From assembly GCA_963924565.1 (NCBI GenBank), contig OZ004615.1:18724001-18788000 (forward strand): a DNA stretch of 64,000 nt. The letters are read 5' to 3'. The translations under genes and the position numbers were made by a program. Source of the DNA: Ascidiella aspersa (lineage: Eukaryota). Under the pieces are notes generated by a model. The model saw only the letters and a list, made by a program, of their open reading frames with translations, searched no databases and had not been told where the DNA came from. Of this stretch, positions 39,001-54,000 are shown in pieces (the first letter of the stretch is position 1; each line of letters begins with the position of its first letter).

Positions 39001-42000
39001 AAACAAATTTTGTACAAACGAGTGCGCACAATACTGTACTTACTCTGAAAAAGCTGCACAATTTCCTGGTAATTAAGTGATTATTCTCTTCCTTCCAGGG
39101 CGTTGTACGATTTCAATTCGCTATGGGCGTAAACCGGCATTGTGAAGTGCACAAAATGCACCAATAACAACCCGACATAAGCGAGTTTAGTGGCGCTGTT
39201 ATGTTTGAAAAGCCGGCGTCGGTTTTCAACTCTACTTTTGATATTTGAGCTCATATGACTAACTTCTATTGCCGTTGATTATAATGCAAGTCGGTTCTTT
39301 AATTTAATGACCCGTGATTTTAAGACCAATTTTTAGGTAAAGTTGTTGCACTTAAATTATAACTTACACGTAGACCCGTTTTTTACTTTTTATTTGTTTT
39401 GTCTCTTTTACATTTAGACCAATTTGTAGTCTTTTAAAAGCACAAAAGAAAAAAAAAATATTTTCTCTGTAAATCATAAAGTCGCGCCAACTTGGATTAA
39501 ATTGTGACCGGCTTTTCAAAGCACTCACTAGTCACCATTATGGATATTTAATAACAATTATAGTAAAAACAACGTCGAACAACGATTTTATTGCGCACGT
39601 ATTAATCCACCAAACCATTGATTTTTTCTTTGTTTTTTACGCAATTAGCTCCGCAAGTCGTTAAAACGATGTCGATTTTTCCCTTTCGGTCAGCTGTTTG
39701 GCCGCGGGGGTCGGCCCGGTTTAAAACACTTCTAAACATCGTCGCGATGATAATTGGCGTCGTATGGGTTCGCACCGCCGGTCAGTGTTTGGTTGGTCAG
39801 TTCTGTATTGACCACTGGTTAATGGCGTTGCTGGCATTTTTGTAACTCTGGCGTTGACGTCAAAGCTCGCTCGATATTGATTTGGGAAAATTCCCATGCC
39901 GTTAAGTTCGGGTTTTTTGCAGACTTTATTACGTCATAAACCTTTACTGACTGCTATGTTTACTTTCAAATTTTATAAAGTACCTCAAATAAAAGCGCGT
40001 GCAAAGACAGGGACCTAATGGTTTCAATATTTTGAAAGCATTTATACCAAGCTAAATATATGTGGCCCAAATGTACCTTTCTAATATTTTAAATATAATT
40101 TATCTAATCCTAATGCTTTTCTGCAACCTCAGGACATTATGTTCCAAAGTTCCATGTAGCAACGGTCATACACCGCATAACGGTAACAAACCCACTCCTT
40201 GATTCACCAGAGTCGCTTATCTTTGCTACGATGTCTTACAACTTTCAAATATGCGCTGTGTTGCCTTCAACCAATGCTACATGATACGCCAGTGTTTCTC
40301 AACCTATGAGTCGTGACCCCAAATTGGGTCGCCGTCTAATTTGGTTGGGTCGCCGACTGCAGTAGTTTTACATGATTTAAGAAGAATGGTCCAGAGCGAG
40401 ATTTCTACCGAATTTTAGAGAAATATCAGGGGGAAATACGAAGACCATTTTGATAAAAAAATCTAGATTTATTTATGCCATTTGACATAGGTTGGTTAAC
40501 TGTTAAAAAGTTCGGTGCATAGAATTGGGTCGGCAAAGCTTCGCTGTTAAATTTACGCTTCGTGTTCGTGTGGCCGCAAAAAATGTTTGAGAAACACTGT
40601 GTTACGCCATGCGCTAACATGACCAGTTACAATCTTAGTCATCAGAGATTGAACTTTTTAAGCAGCGAAACACCAGCGGCCAGCGCATATCATCACCAGG
40701 TGTCCTCAGATTAGATACCCAAATATATCGAACCCTAAAATCGGACAGTAGTTCGCAACCCCTGTGGGCACTGCCCCCTTTGATAGAATCTCAACATTTT
40801 TCACCCCCCCCCCCTCCAGAATGTCACGTTTTGTGCTTCACGAAACGTCGCTAGGAAAGTCGAGCAATCCTAGTAAAAGCCATAAACTTAAAATGAACTG
40901 GTGAATAGTTAAAATAATATATGCTCTTGTCCCCTCCGAATACCACTTATTGGAATACCATCAAAATAGGGCGAGGATTTATTGCTTAACGTTTGGTTAA
41001 GCAGCCATATATACGCCCTCTTGTTTATTCGATACATTACCATGTTTAAAGATAAGATATCAAACCTGCGTCTGCGTTTAACGTTATCTTGGCTCGCGTG
41101 CGGTCGCGCTATACAATCGTTTTACAAGGCCGTCGAGATATATTCCTAAAGAAGCGACAAGCCAGGACCGACTCACACTCTCGGGCGCCCTTCTCACCAA
41201 GCGAGCCAAACAAGTAAACAGGACAAGCCCCGTAAATCACTCCTTCGGGCGACGTAGCGCTCGCGACCGTGATATTCGTACGGAATCTCACTTTGCGGTT
41301 GGAGTCAGACCGACCAGTGGCGCTTTATATGAACAAGCGCTTACCCTGTTGTTTTTTCATTTTCAGGTATCGTTGAGATTATGAAAAATTGAGCCGACTG
41401 CCCTTTTTCAGTTGTCGTAAATAGCTGATTTAGGGTTGAAATAAGGCTCACAAGTTTCATATCAAAACGAGCTTGGTGATTTTTCTTACTGCTAGTAATG
41501 GCTCTGCTGTGCGTTTTGGAATGTTAAGTCCCGAGTGCTTTTGTCGTATCGTGCGACACATGTCAGTAGCTGGTTTGGCAGTACGCAGAGGAAAAGCGTT
41601 CATGTTTGTTTCAGTGCCTTTGATAGAATGTTAAAACTCCCATGTTTTAAAATTTGACAGTAGTACAATCAGTAACAACGCTCAAAAGTATAAAAATTGG
41701 TAAGCATTTATTGTAAGCTTAAACAAGATGTATGGCCGGTTTTGCGATTGCAGTCTTTTATACCATGTATATTTTGGTTTTAGGATCATATGTTTTTACA
41801 ATAAAACCAGTCTACTAAATTCAGAAATGTTGTTATTATGTGTGTTTCTTTAAAATTTGCATACCGTAACCACGCTGGGTAGAGTGTTCCTAACACCTTA
41901 AAACTTCCTAAAGAATCAAACGTTTACCACCGGAACGTATTGAATTCTAAAAAAACGCCGATCAAAGCCGATACATCTTCGGCATTTCAGCCGAAGTTTG

Positions 42001-45000
42001 TTTATGGGCGAAATACTCGCTCCCATTGACTCGGTCGCTGAATAAACTGGAAGGATGTAACTACGTAGAAGAAGTTGTTAGCTATTTCGAGCGTTTATAC
42101 TTATTTCGAGAGAGGAAGCGTGCCGGAGCGGTCAACGTTATTTCTAGATGGTTGTTTTTTACCTCTTAGTTTAGTGCTAACATATTGAACTCTTGAATTA
42201 AAAAAGGAAGTTCTTTAGAAGGGTCCGGTTTAAACAGATGGCATCTTGGAAGTGATTTTTAGTTCGACTAGAATTAGATGAATATTTGAAAAGTTACAGA
42301 AAATTTGCCTGTTAGCAGTTTAGCCAGCTTTGTTTCAGACTTTACCAAACGCAATAAAGATTCCTGTTTAGAGTGTTATTCCCAAAAAACTGTTGTGATA
42401 GCCGTTGTTTAAAGGCCGATAATTTTAGTTTAAGCAGCCTTCTTAGCTTACCAAGCTATAAAAATGAGTACAATAGCGTAGCTGAAAAATATGTTTGACA
42501 ACTCACTCTTTTACATTTGCAATTTATAAGGGTGCCGCCAGTAAAAGAACTTGAAATGCCAGACAGGCAAACGGTGGCATGTTTCGGGTAAAACATTACA
42601 AGCCTCAGACTGCAAACCTGATGTAGGCGTGTTTTGTCATCTTTAAATTGCTTAAAATCGTGTCTGGACACCGACTGAACTATCCGGGCTTGTGCTTTCA
42701 AAGAAAATGGCTAACCTCAAAACAAGCCTGGCAGGCGAAGATTTTAGCCTACACTGTGTAACCTATGTACCTGCAGTTGTGCCGCTTATTTTTACGAAGT
42801 TGTAATGCTCTAATCGTGCACAAGCCTACGTCAATCAAAACAGCAGACTTCGTCAATCTGGGAGATTTGACGTGGGCCGATTGTAATGCTTTCTAGGTCT
42901 GTGATTTTTCGATATTTTTTCTTCGTTTTATTGACCTGCTAGTTGCGTTACAGCAGTATTCTTTATCCTGAGTCAATTTGATAGCGTTTTAGTAGCAACC
43001 AAATATACTTTTCGTTAGTAACTGAGGTACAAGTCTAAATCTTTTGTGAATTTTACATGCAGAAATCAACATAAATAACCGAGTTTTATGAAAAAAATGC
43101 TTAATGAACACTTAATTTCGACCAAAATCATTCGTCCAAACGACCTAAGTCAAGTCAAGTTATTTTGCACAAATGCTTAAGTTAAGTCTTTTATCAACAG
43201 TGAATTAAGTGCACTTAAGTCAAGATCCTTTACTCAAGTCGTTACAAAACTGGTATCAATTGTTTTTTTTGCCAACGTATAAACATCGATAGCTTCATAG
43301 ATTTTTCATTATTTTTATTACATTTTCTCAATTTTTTTATTTCCGTTAATTGCACCGCGAAGGTCCGTTTGGTCGGGAAGTTTTTGCCAGTATAAAAGAC
43401 TAAAAGCCACGCCCATAAAGCCGGATCCAGTGTAAGCTTGTTGTGAATTTATGGGTAAACAGCCTAACATCGTATCGCCGTGACGTAACGGTCTTCAATG
43501 TTTGCCATCAACGACTCTTGCCACTTTGCGGCTTCAGTTTAACAGTGAAAATGTTGTTTCGTTGGCCGTATGGCGTTGTTTTGCCATATATCACAGTCGG
43601 CCAATTTTTTTTCTGTATCTTGTTAATTTTGTTGACGGTTGATGCTTCAGTTGAGGCAATTTCGAGTAAGTTAACTTCGTCAAAAAAGAACTGTTCCAAG
43701 ATAAAAAAAAATACTTTATGTCATATTTTGTTGTGGATATCGACATTTGGAGCCCACCTTCTAAATCATTTTCACCTTTGGGAGTGAACATTTCGAATCT
43801 TTAGACGAATCTTTGGAGGTACAACAAAACCATCCTATTACTTTTCGGTATATTTTGCAATTAAATTTATGCCATCAAATTTAATTTTGCTCAACCCTTC
43901 AAGACACTATCCGTGCGATACTGACAGGCTACACTTTATTCCTTTGAAAAAGGATACGAAAACACAATGGTCGATTAAAATTGTAAACAGCATTGTGGCG
44001 TTTGAAGTTGTGCCATCCTAAATTTACCAAAGCCCAGCAAAGTCGTCCCAAAATAGCACCACTCTTTTATATTGTGGCTGCGCGTATTGCTCTTACTCAT
44101 CTGAAGTGACGACTACAATTATCTTTATTGGCGATGTGATAACCTCAAACGAGCTTTTCACGTTGTTACAATTGCGCCACTGTATTTCAACATGAGCTAA
44201 AAATTGCACCAGATTTTCCCGATTTCGCACAACAATGTTTTTCAATTTTGATGTATAAACTCGAAAGGTGTTTTTGGCGACGGCCTTGTGATGGACTTAC
44301 TTACTGTGTGCGAAAAGGAAGTTTGAAATCTACTTTACAAGACTTGTTTAAATTGATATCACGAACTGCCAGATGAGCAGTGTAGTTATGTTATGAATAT
44401 TTCCTCTATTGGGTTGTTAGGTTTGAAAATGCACTGTAAGGACACATATACAAGAGACACAAACTTCACAGCAAGATGAAACTCTTAAGTATTTTGAGCA
44501 TTTTTTAATTTCACTTGTGTGGTCCCTAGTCGACTGCAGTAAAGCATCCAAGGACTTTGCGCGGTGCCTGTAGATTTGCAGCAGCGAAAATACAATGTTT
44601 CAATCCGCCAATCATAGCATTTCAATATACAAAACCAAACTTGTAAGCCTACAAAGAGCCAAAAAAGTTAAAATACTCCCAGTTTCCAGACCATAGATTT
44701 GCAACAATCAAGACCATTCTCCATTATAAAAAATGACCTTGTAGAACAGCGAAAGCGAATCAAATCGTACCCCATATTTTGAAAAATTCATGAATGTGCG
44801 CCTGGCTGTAAAACAACCAAAGAGAGGGTTTTCAAAAAGTGACGTCACCACAAGCAAATCGCAGGAATTGAGCGGTCGTGCTTCGTTGCGCACGATCGTA
44901 TGCTCTCGCACTTTATTATAACCTTGCTCTGAAAGTTTCCGCATTACGTAGCCTCTTCGGTTGTGCAGTCAGTCGACTTGAGCGAGTTTCAAGCCAACAG

Positions 45001-48000
45001 AAACAGCGGTTATGGCAATGTAACACTGGTGCTGTGCCCTCTGCAATAGGGGAATGAGGCCTGCACGTTGCCAGCGCTCTTTTGGCTCCCGTGGGAGTTA
45101 ACAGGCGACCAGACCTCGACGTTCTTATCAGTTTTCGAGTAATGACTTGTGGCTGCCGCCTTTCTACAGCACTGCTGCTGATGGCTGCCCCGAGTTAATG
45201 GGGCTTCGCATTTTTGCGATTCGTCTGCCGCATTGTCCCTTTGAAACTGCTTTTACTTTAGCATTGGTAAACTAGGTGCTTCTACAATTCTTGAAATACA
45301 AATGTTTGTGTGATTTTTACCGCATTTCATTTTAATTTCATCATTCCGCGACCTGTTAATTTGACTTGGTGGTTTCATACCTTGCGTTTTTTAGGTGTAA
45401 ATATGCATCATAAGTAAATTAAATATTTTCCGTTCTGAACACCAAAAGCTATTGTCAGATAAAATCATTTAAACTTAACAGTTTTTGAACAGCGAAATTT
45501 TACTGGGAAAATCCAAATTTACTTATTAATTTAGTTTAAGACCATTTCAGTGCGTTTAACAGTAACATTACTGTATATTTTATAGTTGAGTAAGTTTAGG
45601 CGCAAGATAAACCACAAGGTATTTCCTAACAGCCGCCGTAATGATTCAAGTGCGCGGTGCAAATTTCCCGGAAAAACTCGACTCGCCAATCTGCCGTTTT
45701 CACGACGTCATTAGAGCGTCGTATTTGCGTCAAAGATTTAGACTAGCGCGTGGATTTAAATACGGCCAAAATATGCCTTCGAGCAACTCGATAAAGACTG
45801 AAGCCATATACACGGAAAACACGTGTGCTGCCGAATATGTTGCGTAATGACAAGTCTGCTGTCTAGACAAGCCAAAAGCGTGCACAGAAAAAGTGGTTTA
45901 GGCGTGGGATCTAGACGTATAGCTAACTTCCAGCTGTGAATAAAAATTAATATCGGTTTTGGGCTTCACCATCTTTTCACTTTCGTGTAACATTTTTATT
46001 GGGGCTTTCAGAAGTAAAAAAATAGCTTTGTAAATTTTAAGGATTTTGTTGGATTGGTTAATAGGTCGCAGTGGCGTCCATATCGGTAAAAGGTCAGAAG
46101 TCATCGTTAAATCAAAGCTGACGATTGACAGACACTAAGTGCACTTAGCCAACCTTTCGTGATGTTTTAACCCCCCTTCGCCAGTTGAAATCACCACTTT
46201 ATAATATTTCGGAATCTCTCTTTTTTGCAATTTACCTTTTTTGAAGTTAACACTTTGCAGCGCCACTTCAAAAATGGCCAAATTCTTATTTTATTCAGGT
46301 TTTTTGTTTTTAATTCTATGGCTGGGAACATTGCGATTTATAAATGCGGTGATCTCTTTTTTCTATCATGTTTTATGCATATTTCCCACAGCTAGAATTA
46401 ATATAGCAAACCAGCCATCCACGCCTGCTACAATATTTCGTTCCTTTTTCAGCGCAAATGCCACTGTACTAGGCGATTTTGAACACAGTCTGTCCCGATT
46501 TTTTTGTGCACGGCAAAGGGAGACTGCTACTTGAAGGGTGATTTGGGGTTATCGCCATCTCCAACGCCGCCATGTACGACAAAGCCAATAGCCGCTTATC
46601 GCTGGTAACTGCCGCTTTTCGCATTGTCTGTTTACTCAGTTGCGTAAGCCCGCTCACCTGTTGACCTCGAGAGAGGAAAAACTGCCAGTTCTTTGTGGCG
46701 CGCATTTTTGAATTTTGTTGTTGCGAGCCCGAAAGCTCCATGTAACGACCTTTGGCCTTGAGGCTCGATTTACGACCTTGAGCTTCGAAATATGACCTAG
46801 AGGCGCAAATTCGCGTTTTACGGCTTCACGATTGCGACAGGTACGAGCAAAGATAACCGGATTCGATGGTTGTTTGTTTTTCATCGCGCCGAGTCAGATT
46901 TCGCGCTATTTTTCCTGACTAAGATTGTTTTTTTGACGAAAGGAGTTGTTTGCGAGCTGTCACAGCCACATGCTTTCGTTTTGTTTTTGGGGATTGCGTG
47001 TGAATGACATGTTTGCGCAAGGTGCTTTGCTTTAAACCGGAAAACATTTCCACCAATCTGAACCCACGCAAAGTGTTCTGGCAAATTGATTGACATACAT
47101 GACATATTTGTTGTCTGTATATGGTTCTATTGCAACCATATTGTAGATTTTCGAGCTTGACTTTTCTCCTTAATAAAATGTTTTGAATTGTAAAGTTAAA
47201 AACCTTTAAAAAATATACTTATATCTTGTTAAATATGGCAAAGCGATTTTTGTTTTGAATATAACAGATTTGCTGTATGGCAGCATATTGTCATTTTATT
47301 TACACCACCGAATTTATTTTATGCAGTGTTTTGTGGTGCTGTTCTCAGGAACTTTTGCTGATTCACTTTCAAACAATGAATTGGTTTACGTTTTTCTTGG
47401 AACTGATTCAGCTATTTTTATAAAACGCAGATTTATCATTACGGAGAAACGTCGTTACAATTCACTGCACGAAAAACGTTTATTTAACTTCATATTGCCT
47501 TGATATCATAGCGCTATTTTTCAACAGCCGGCATCAAATGTTAATTTCGTCACGTTTTGTCGAAAGATTATGATAAATTTTGACAAATTTCAAGTCATAT
47601 TTGGGCTCTTGTGATTTCTTATTGTCTAATTGGCTGCCCGGTAGGCAATTCACAGAAAAACATTCCACGAACTGAAAAGTATAAAGATACCTTTTTTTGA
47701 ACGAAAACCAAATGCAATTTATGAAACATGGAAAAACTAAAAACGCGACCAACACAAGATAAAAACAAACGAGTTTACGAACTAAAAAAACAACAACATA
47801 AGATTAGTATATATTATATTTTTCCACAACAGAATCTTGCCCTTCAACAGAATACATAATGTCGACGATAAAAGTTCTAAAAAAATTAATAGCTTGAGAA
47901 GCGCACCGCCTCAAACCAAAATCAGCAAATAAGGTCCAAATTTAACCTAAGATATAAAGAAGTTTTAAAAAAAATGTGATGTGATGATCAAAATATTTTA

Positions 48001-51000
48001 GCAAATAAGTCTTCGTTTAAACATAGTTTTACGATAGGCAAAGTGGGGCCACGTCCTTTAGTTTGTCCCCGAAAGTTCAGATTTACTCAGCTGATTGATC
48101 ATCTCTCAAGGAAGCGCCGATACTAAGCGCGACACTTAAGGACGCCGGTGTCTTCAAAACTGTTTGAACAGATAATACAGACCAGTGCGTGTCGCTACTT
48201 GTAATGTCTTAAAATATCGTAGCGCAGATGATATCTGCTATCACGTGACGTACCGATACTAGGGTGGTGTCGGTGCCGATCCTATACCAAATTAATTTAA
48301 TGGCTTTAGCCATGGTTAAAATATATTTAAGTTTCCCAGCTAATTTTTTGCGCAAGAGCCCCAGAATACATTACGTTTGTAGGTTTTAATTTTAATCAAT
48401 ATTGCTTTGTTGACTACAGTAATGACGTAATTTGCTGTCGGATCATATCTACCCTACTTTTGTCGAATTTCGAACATCAGCATAGAAATCAAATACAAAG
48501 TAACGGACCGCCTTAGTCGCTACCGCCGTTCTAACCTTCTGCGCTTCTACCATTCTCGCGTCTCAGGGCGCAAATCTTTTGTATTATTCTGTGGGCTCCG
48601 GATCGGGAAAATGAAACGCCTTCTGCTGGTCGGGCGTTTGCGCGAATAAAACCCCAACCTTGTCCAATCGATGTTGGAAGCTTTTTCAACTTCGGGAAAA
48701 TTGTGTTCCGCCACACTGGAGCTGTCGTTACGCCGCTAATGCTGAAAATGCCAGCGGTCGTAAAATGTTTAATTTCCCCCGTCGAGCGGCGTTTAACACG
48801 CGCGCTTGTGATGTGGTTCCTGGGTCGGTTTCGTACATGGCTGAAACCCAGCCTACGTCATGTAAAGTTCTCTGCGGACTTCCTTGTTTTGTTGTTGTTG
48901 ATGAAACGATCCGAGCTCTCTAATAAAATATAAGACCCTTAAGCGGCTGGTTATTGTCTCGTGTGGCATAGCGAAGTTAATGTTTTACAGTCCAGGTTAT
49001 AAGTGATAGAGTTTGGTGGCCATGTTAAATCTCTCTGATGGCATCACAGTACATCAGTTGTTTTTATTCTGAAGCAATGAGTTGATGTGTTTATGTATTT
49101 TCCTACAAGAGCGGCCATGTTATGGGTGGTTTGCTTCGTAGGAGTATTTCGTACGCATAGGAGGGTCAATGTTTTACGTTTTTTTTAAGATTTGGTTGCG
49201 ATTGACAACTTAATGTTGTATTTCTGTCGTTTCGTTTAAAGCCGTGGTTCACAAGGATCGTTTTGCCGAAGAAAGTTATATTTCAAAGGATTAGTAAATT
49301 AAATTTGCGAATGCCGAGAACGCACAAAAAAAAAGACGTTTACTATTTCGACTAGTAACTCGGTGGTTGAAAGCAATTCGTTATAGCTTATCAAAGTTAA
49401 AACACTCTTTAAATAAGACAACGCTTGTAAACGTTTCGAATATTTCTTTTTAACACGGTCGAGGTAGCAATTTAATAAAAATTGTAGTCTGGTTACATGG
49501 ACACGCTGTGTTGCACAGCCCGGAAATTTAAAGTTAAAATTAATAGCGTTACTCGTTCACGCCATGCATCTGACTTCCGTGAAGGCTTTAATGATTCTTT
49601 TCAAATAAAACCTTTAACCAGTGTGACGTCATTATCACGTGTCGTTAAATAAGAACGTTTGCACAATGCTACCTACTTTAGTATAGGCAAAATAATTACA
49701 AAGCTTTACCTTACAGCCGATACTACGTCCACAAAATCGTTTGATTGTCGCTTTTGGTCTGATAAAGGCCCCGGCCCCGCACAAAAACCTGTCAGTCCCA
49801 TCGCAACTTACAACCTTGCAATTCGCTCGAAAGTGTGGGAAAGTTTGCCTTCGCCTCTCCAGGAGTGCTCGCATAATCCCTTGACCGGGGCCCGAAAAAC
49901 CTTTTTCGCCCTGACTTGCAACTGCCCGCTGCTTCGCCAGCATTGTGGCTAATAGCGTCGGCAATGGTGAAAGGCTAGCGCCCGGCTTTCGTGCTAATTA
50001 TGCCTATTATCGCGCTAGTCCGGCCGCTCCATTTACACAGTGCCCGGTTCGCCGCCTTGGGCCTGAATCGACGCAATCGTAAAAGTTCCCATAAAGGTCG
50101 TTGTTGTGTTTTGTGCTCACCTCTTTTTCTTCACGACCGGCCGGCCAACCTTTCTTTGTGAGCTTGTTTACACCCTTTTCTCTGTTTGCTAACTTGTCAG
50201 GGGTGCTGTGTCGTTTGGACGATTGTGCTGTTACAAATTTCTTTGGACTTGTTACAAACTTATTGCTGTTGATTTATAAAAAAAAAATGGTTGCATTGTA
50301 GTGAAGGTGCGTTACATAACTTTCTCAGCAAGAAAGACTGTTTGTTGAACAGTGAAATAAACGTTTTACCTGTATTAATGCTCCTCCATTCAATGACCTG
50401 CTCAGTTGCAGTATTCATGAAAGGAAGTTAGCCACAATGCAATATTAAAATAGACAATACTTTGAACTAGATTGCTATTGTTTAAGCACAACCATAAGTC
50501 AGTTATTGGTATGGGAATCAGCTCATGACTATCTATTATTAATTTGCAGGATATTAGTTTGGCAATACTGTATTCTCATATAAAATGCGAGGACCATTCA
50601 AACATTTCTCTTTTGTTTCACTTAAAAAAGTAAGCTGTTTACAAACTCTGACCAAGGAATTAATTTAATTTGTATAACTATGTAGTAGGTTTTAAAAAGT
50701 CTTAATTTATAATCTGTTGCAAATTTCCTAACAATGTATATCGTCCCCCCCATTTATAGTCCCACAAATTAAAAAATATTTTGTGATTACTTATAATTTA
50801 AAAGAATGTACATATTTAAACCAACTTGTTCAGGAAAGGTTGATAAACTGTAAATACATTTCTTAATGTGACATATATACTAATAGTTTTTATTTTTCTA
50901 GTGCTCGTGGAACCAGAAGTGACATCCCAGCAACGCAGAGGTTCAAACGACAAGCATTCAAGGAAATCGCCGAACAGAAGCGCAATGAACAGAAGACGGC

Positions 51001-54000
51001 ATTCAAGGCGCGATGATCGATACAGATCAGGTTTGATATATTGTGTTTTATGCTGTCTCTTCCAAATTTGTTTGCTGCTAGGTGGTTTGCAAAATTTTGG
51101 ATCTTTGTTAATCCATAGTTGCCAAATAGTCTTTATATCTTTAAAATGATTTTAATGGTCTGTGGATTTATTTGTCTGCTGCTTACTGTATGTTTTTTCA
51201 AAGTGCTGAGTAAAACAAAGTTTTGAACTATTTGTTGTTATGTAGCGTATTGCGATTTATATTGTTTTGGTTTTTAATTATATTTAAAATGTCTTAAGTA
51301 ATCACAGTTTGTTTCTTTGAAAACCTATCAGTTTTCTTAAAATGTTTTTGAAATTATTGCATAAAAATATGTGACAACCCTAAATCCACCACCTTCATCA
51401 CATTTTTGACACTTCATTAAGGATGTCAATAAGCCGTTTTTAAAGTTTTTACAAATTATGTTTTATCTGTGGTTATGTAGTTTATCAGTTATCATAAGGC
51501 TAGCTAAAACTTATTCAAAGCGGTAAATCTTAATTTGAAATATCACCATGTGTAGATAAGTTTAATGTGGATATCCGTGTTTTTACCAAAAATGAAATAT
51601 AAACACCAAAAAGGGTCCCCAATGTCATAAAATCTGTTTTGTTTCTGGCTTATACAATGTAAAGCCCGGCTTCATTGCATTGATCTGTACTTCATACTCT
51701 ATTATCATAAACAATCTTGAACATATATATTGTTGTTACCACCAGATGCTCACTCTGAAGCGGTCCTAGCCGCCCTGGCCAAGCACAAGACCAAACGGAT
51801 TCCGGTGCTTCCCCTCCCAGTGAAGCGCCGTTCCCTTATGGTCCACGGGATTCAAGGGGAAACGCACATTGAGAGTTCAGGTGTGTACTTTTTAACTTCT
51901 ATCTTTTTTTGTTTCTGAATTACAGCTTAATATTGGCAAAATTTCAAGAAAAAATTGCTATGTTAAAATATGTTGTCCTTAATTTTAACGATTTTTTGTT
52001 TGGCAATGTGTTTTGCAAATTTTTAGTGTGGATTTGATTTCACTTTTTTCATAAAATTTAACACTGTAAACTAGGATTTTAAAAGTGTCTTAAATTGAAG
52101 AGTTTAGAACTCCCTATTTCAAACTGGAAGTTCAACGTAGTCTAAACACCACTTATGCCCCAAATTAGGTGTGTAGGTGCTGTTTTATGGCTGGTAGACC
52201 TTGTGCTAAACCTATAGGTCAAGTCTGATTTGATTTCTTGATAAGATTTTGTCTTCAATTTTTGCCGAAGATAATCTTATGATAAATTTTTGTTTACTAT
52301 GTTATAACCGAAACTCACATTTTCATGGAATTGCTAAGCAACTTGCCTGAAAGCTAACAATTCGCCTTGTGTGGCTGATGCCACCAGTATGGTTTTAACA
52401 GTAGACAAAATGGTAAAATAGATTTGCAAGCATGCTGTATTATGCTTTGTATTTGTTTTTGTGCCTGGGAAGTTTGTTATGCAAAGTGAGGAAGCTAAAT
52501 CTTTTGATCTGTGATCAATTAACTATTTTTACAATTTTAATATATATTTGTCATACTTTGGTGGTTTTGATGTAATGTAGGGACACTAACTATTTATTTG
52601 AAAATAGGACTTGCAAAAATGCCTTAGACTACATTTTGGGCTTATATATAAACAAAAAAAATAAAGGCTTTTATTTAAAAGTTGTAATCTTTTAATTATT
52701 TTTAAGATGATGATGTACCAACTGACACATCAACCGGTGACGATGGGTCTTTGAAAAGAAGAAGCGACAACTCTTCGTCACCATCCAGTGCCCAGCCATC
52801 GCCTGTCACAGGCCAGCGAGTTTTGCCTCCGCATCTCCACATTTCTGCTCCTATGCAGCAGGTCGCTGACTTTTCTTGTATTAAAAATTAATATTTCATG
52901 TGACACCCGACTGCAGTCTCCTCTCTGGCCTATCACACTTGTCAATACTTAAAAGCTCTGGCATCCACCATATTATAATAAAATGCAGTAATTTAATGGG
53001 ATTTTGTTGTTTCTCTGAAAAATGTTAGGCTAAAAAATTATAATAAAGTACAATATATTTCAAAAAATGACTTTTTTATTAGTTTATCCACCGTCATTAT
53101 ACTTTGTTATGAAACTGGTTTGCATTTCATGTAAGATTTTATCTTACTATGAATTGTAACAATCCCATAGGTATCAACACAAACTGATTATAGTTTTAAT
53201 TTACTTGGCTTTGTTTTATCCATTTTAAGTTGGTGCATCTTGTTATGCTCTATGAATTATTGAGATGTACGCTTTCGTTTTTTTAACTTAGTACAGTGGG
53301 CTCCTAAATTATTCAACTGTCATTTTAAATGCACGGCTTCTTACTTAGGCTTTGCTCAAACAGATCTTGTTTTGTGATACTTTTTAGGCTGGATATAGTT
53401 AAAGTAACACTAAATTGAAAGTAACCTTGTTGCCAAAATAGCCTAATCACTTGAGTTAAAAAGTGTTATACCATTTAATTTTAAAACATGCAGTCATACT
53501 CATACTTGTAAAGGCAATGTTGAGATTGGTGTAATAAGAAAAATCTACATCCATCCCTGGTAAATCAACCAAACATTTTCTAATAATTTATTTTTTAAGG
53601 CTTTCCTTAAAAACATTACTTCAACTTTATGTAAAACATTTTGTTTCTGGTTAATTTCGTGATTAAAATCAAACAAAGTAATAAGTTAGACAATGATAAT
53701 CAGTTTCTAATGGATTTGAGTTTTATTCGCTTTTTGTGTGCTCATTGTTTTGTATTTTGTTGTGGTTTAGATACTGTTTTTTTTTTCAGAAAACAATATG
53801 TAACTTGCAAGATACTGGTTAAACATATCAAAAACATTTTGGTCTTCAATTCTCATAGTGGTAGCTTGATGTATTTCAGGTCACACTTAGTGATTACTGT
53901 GTCTTAAAGACATGAATCACTTAAAGTCAATAAAAATATTAAAGCCATATGTTCAATAAAGTCGACATTTTGCAGTTTACAGACGTTTCAGCAATACCTC

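Noticed and set aside
46658-46705. Minus-strand ATG..CAG|gtgagc mini first exon (MRATKNWQFFLSRGQQ)
   Set aside because: No downstream exons found; several such donors are expected by chance in a window this size.
27500-50200. Dozens of 60-130-aa ORFs in DIP2 intron 2 as nested genes
   Set aside because: No recognisable domains, many non-ATG starts, overlapping in several frames, and no consistent exon chain could be built.
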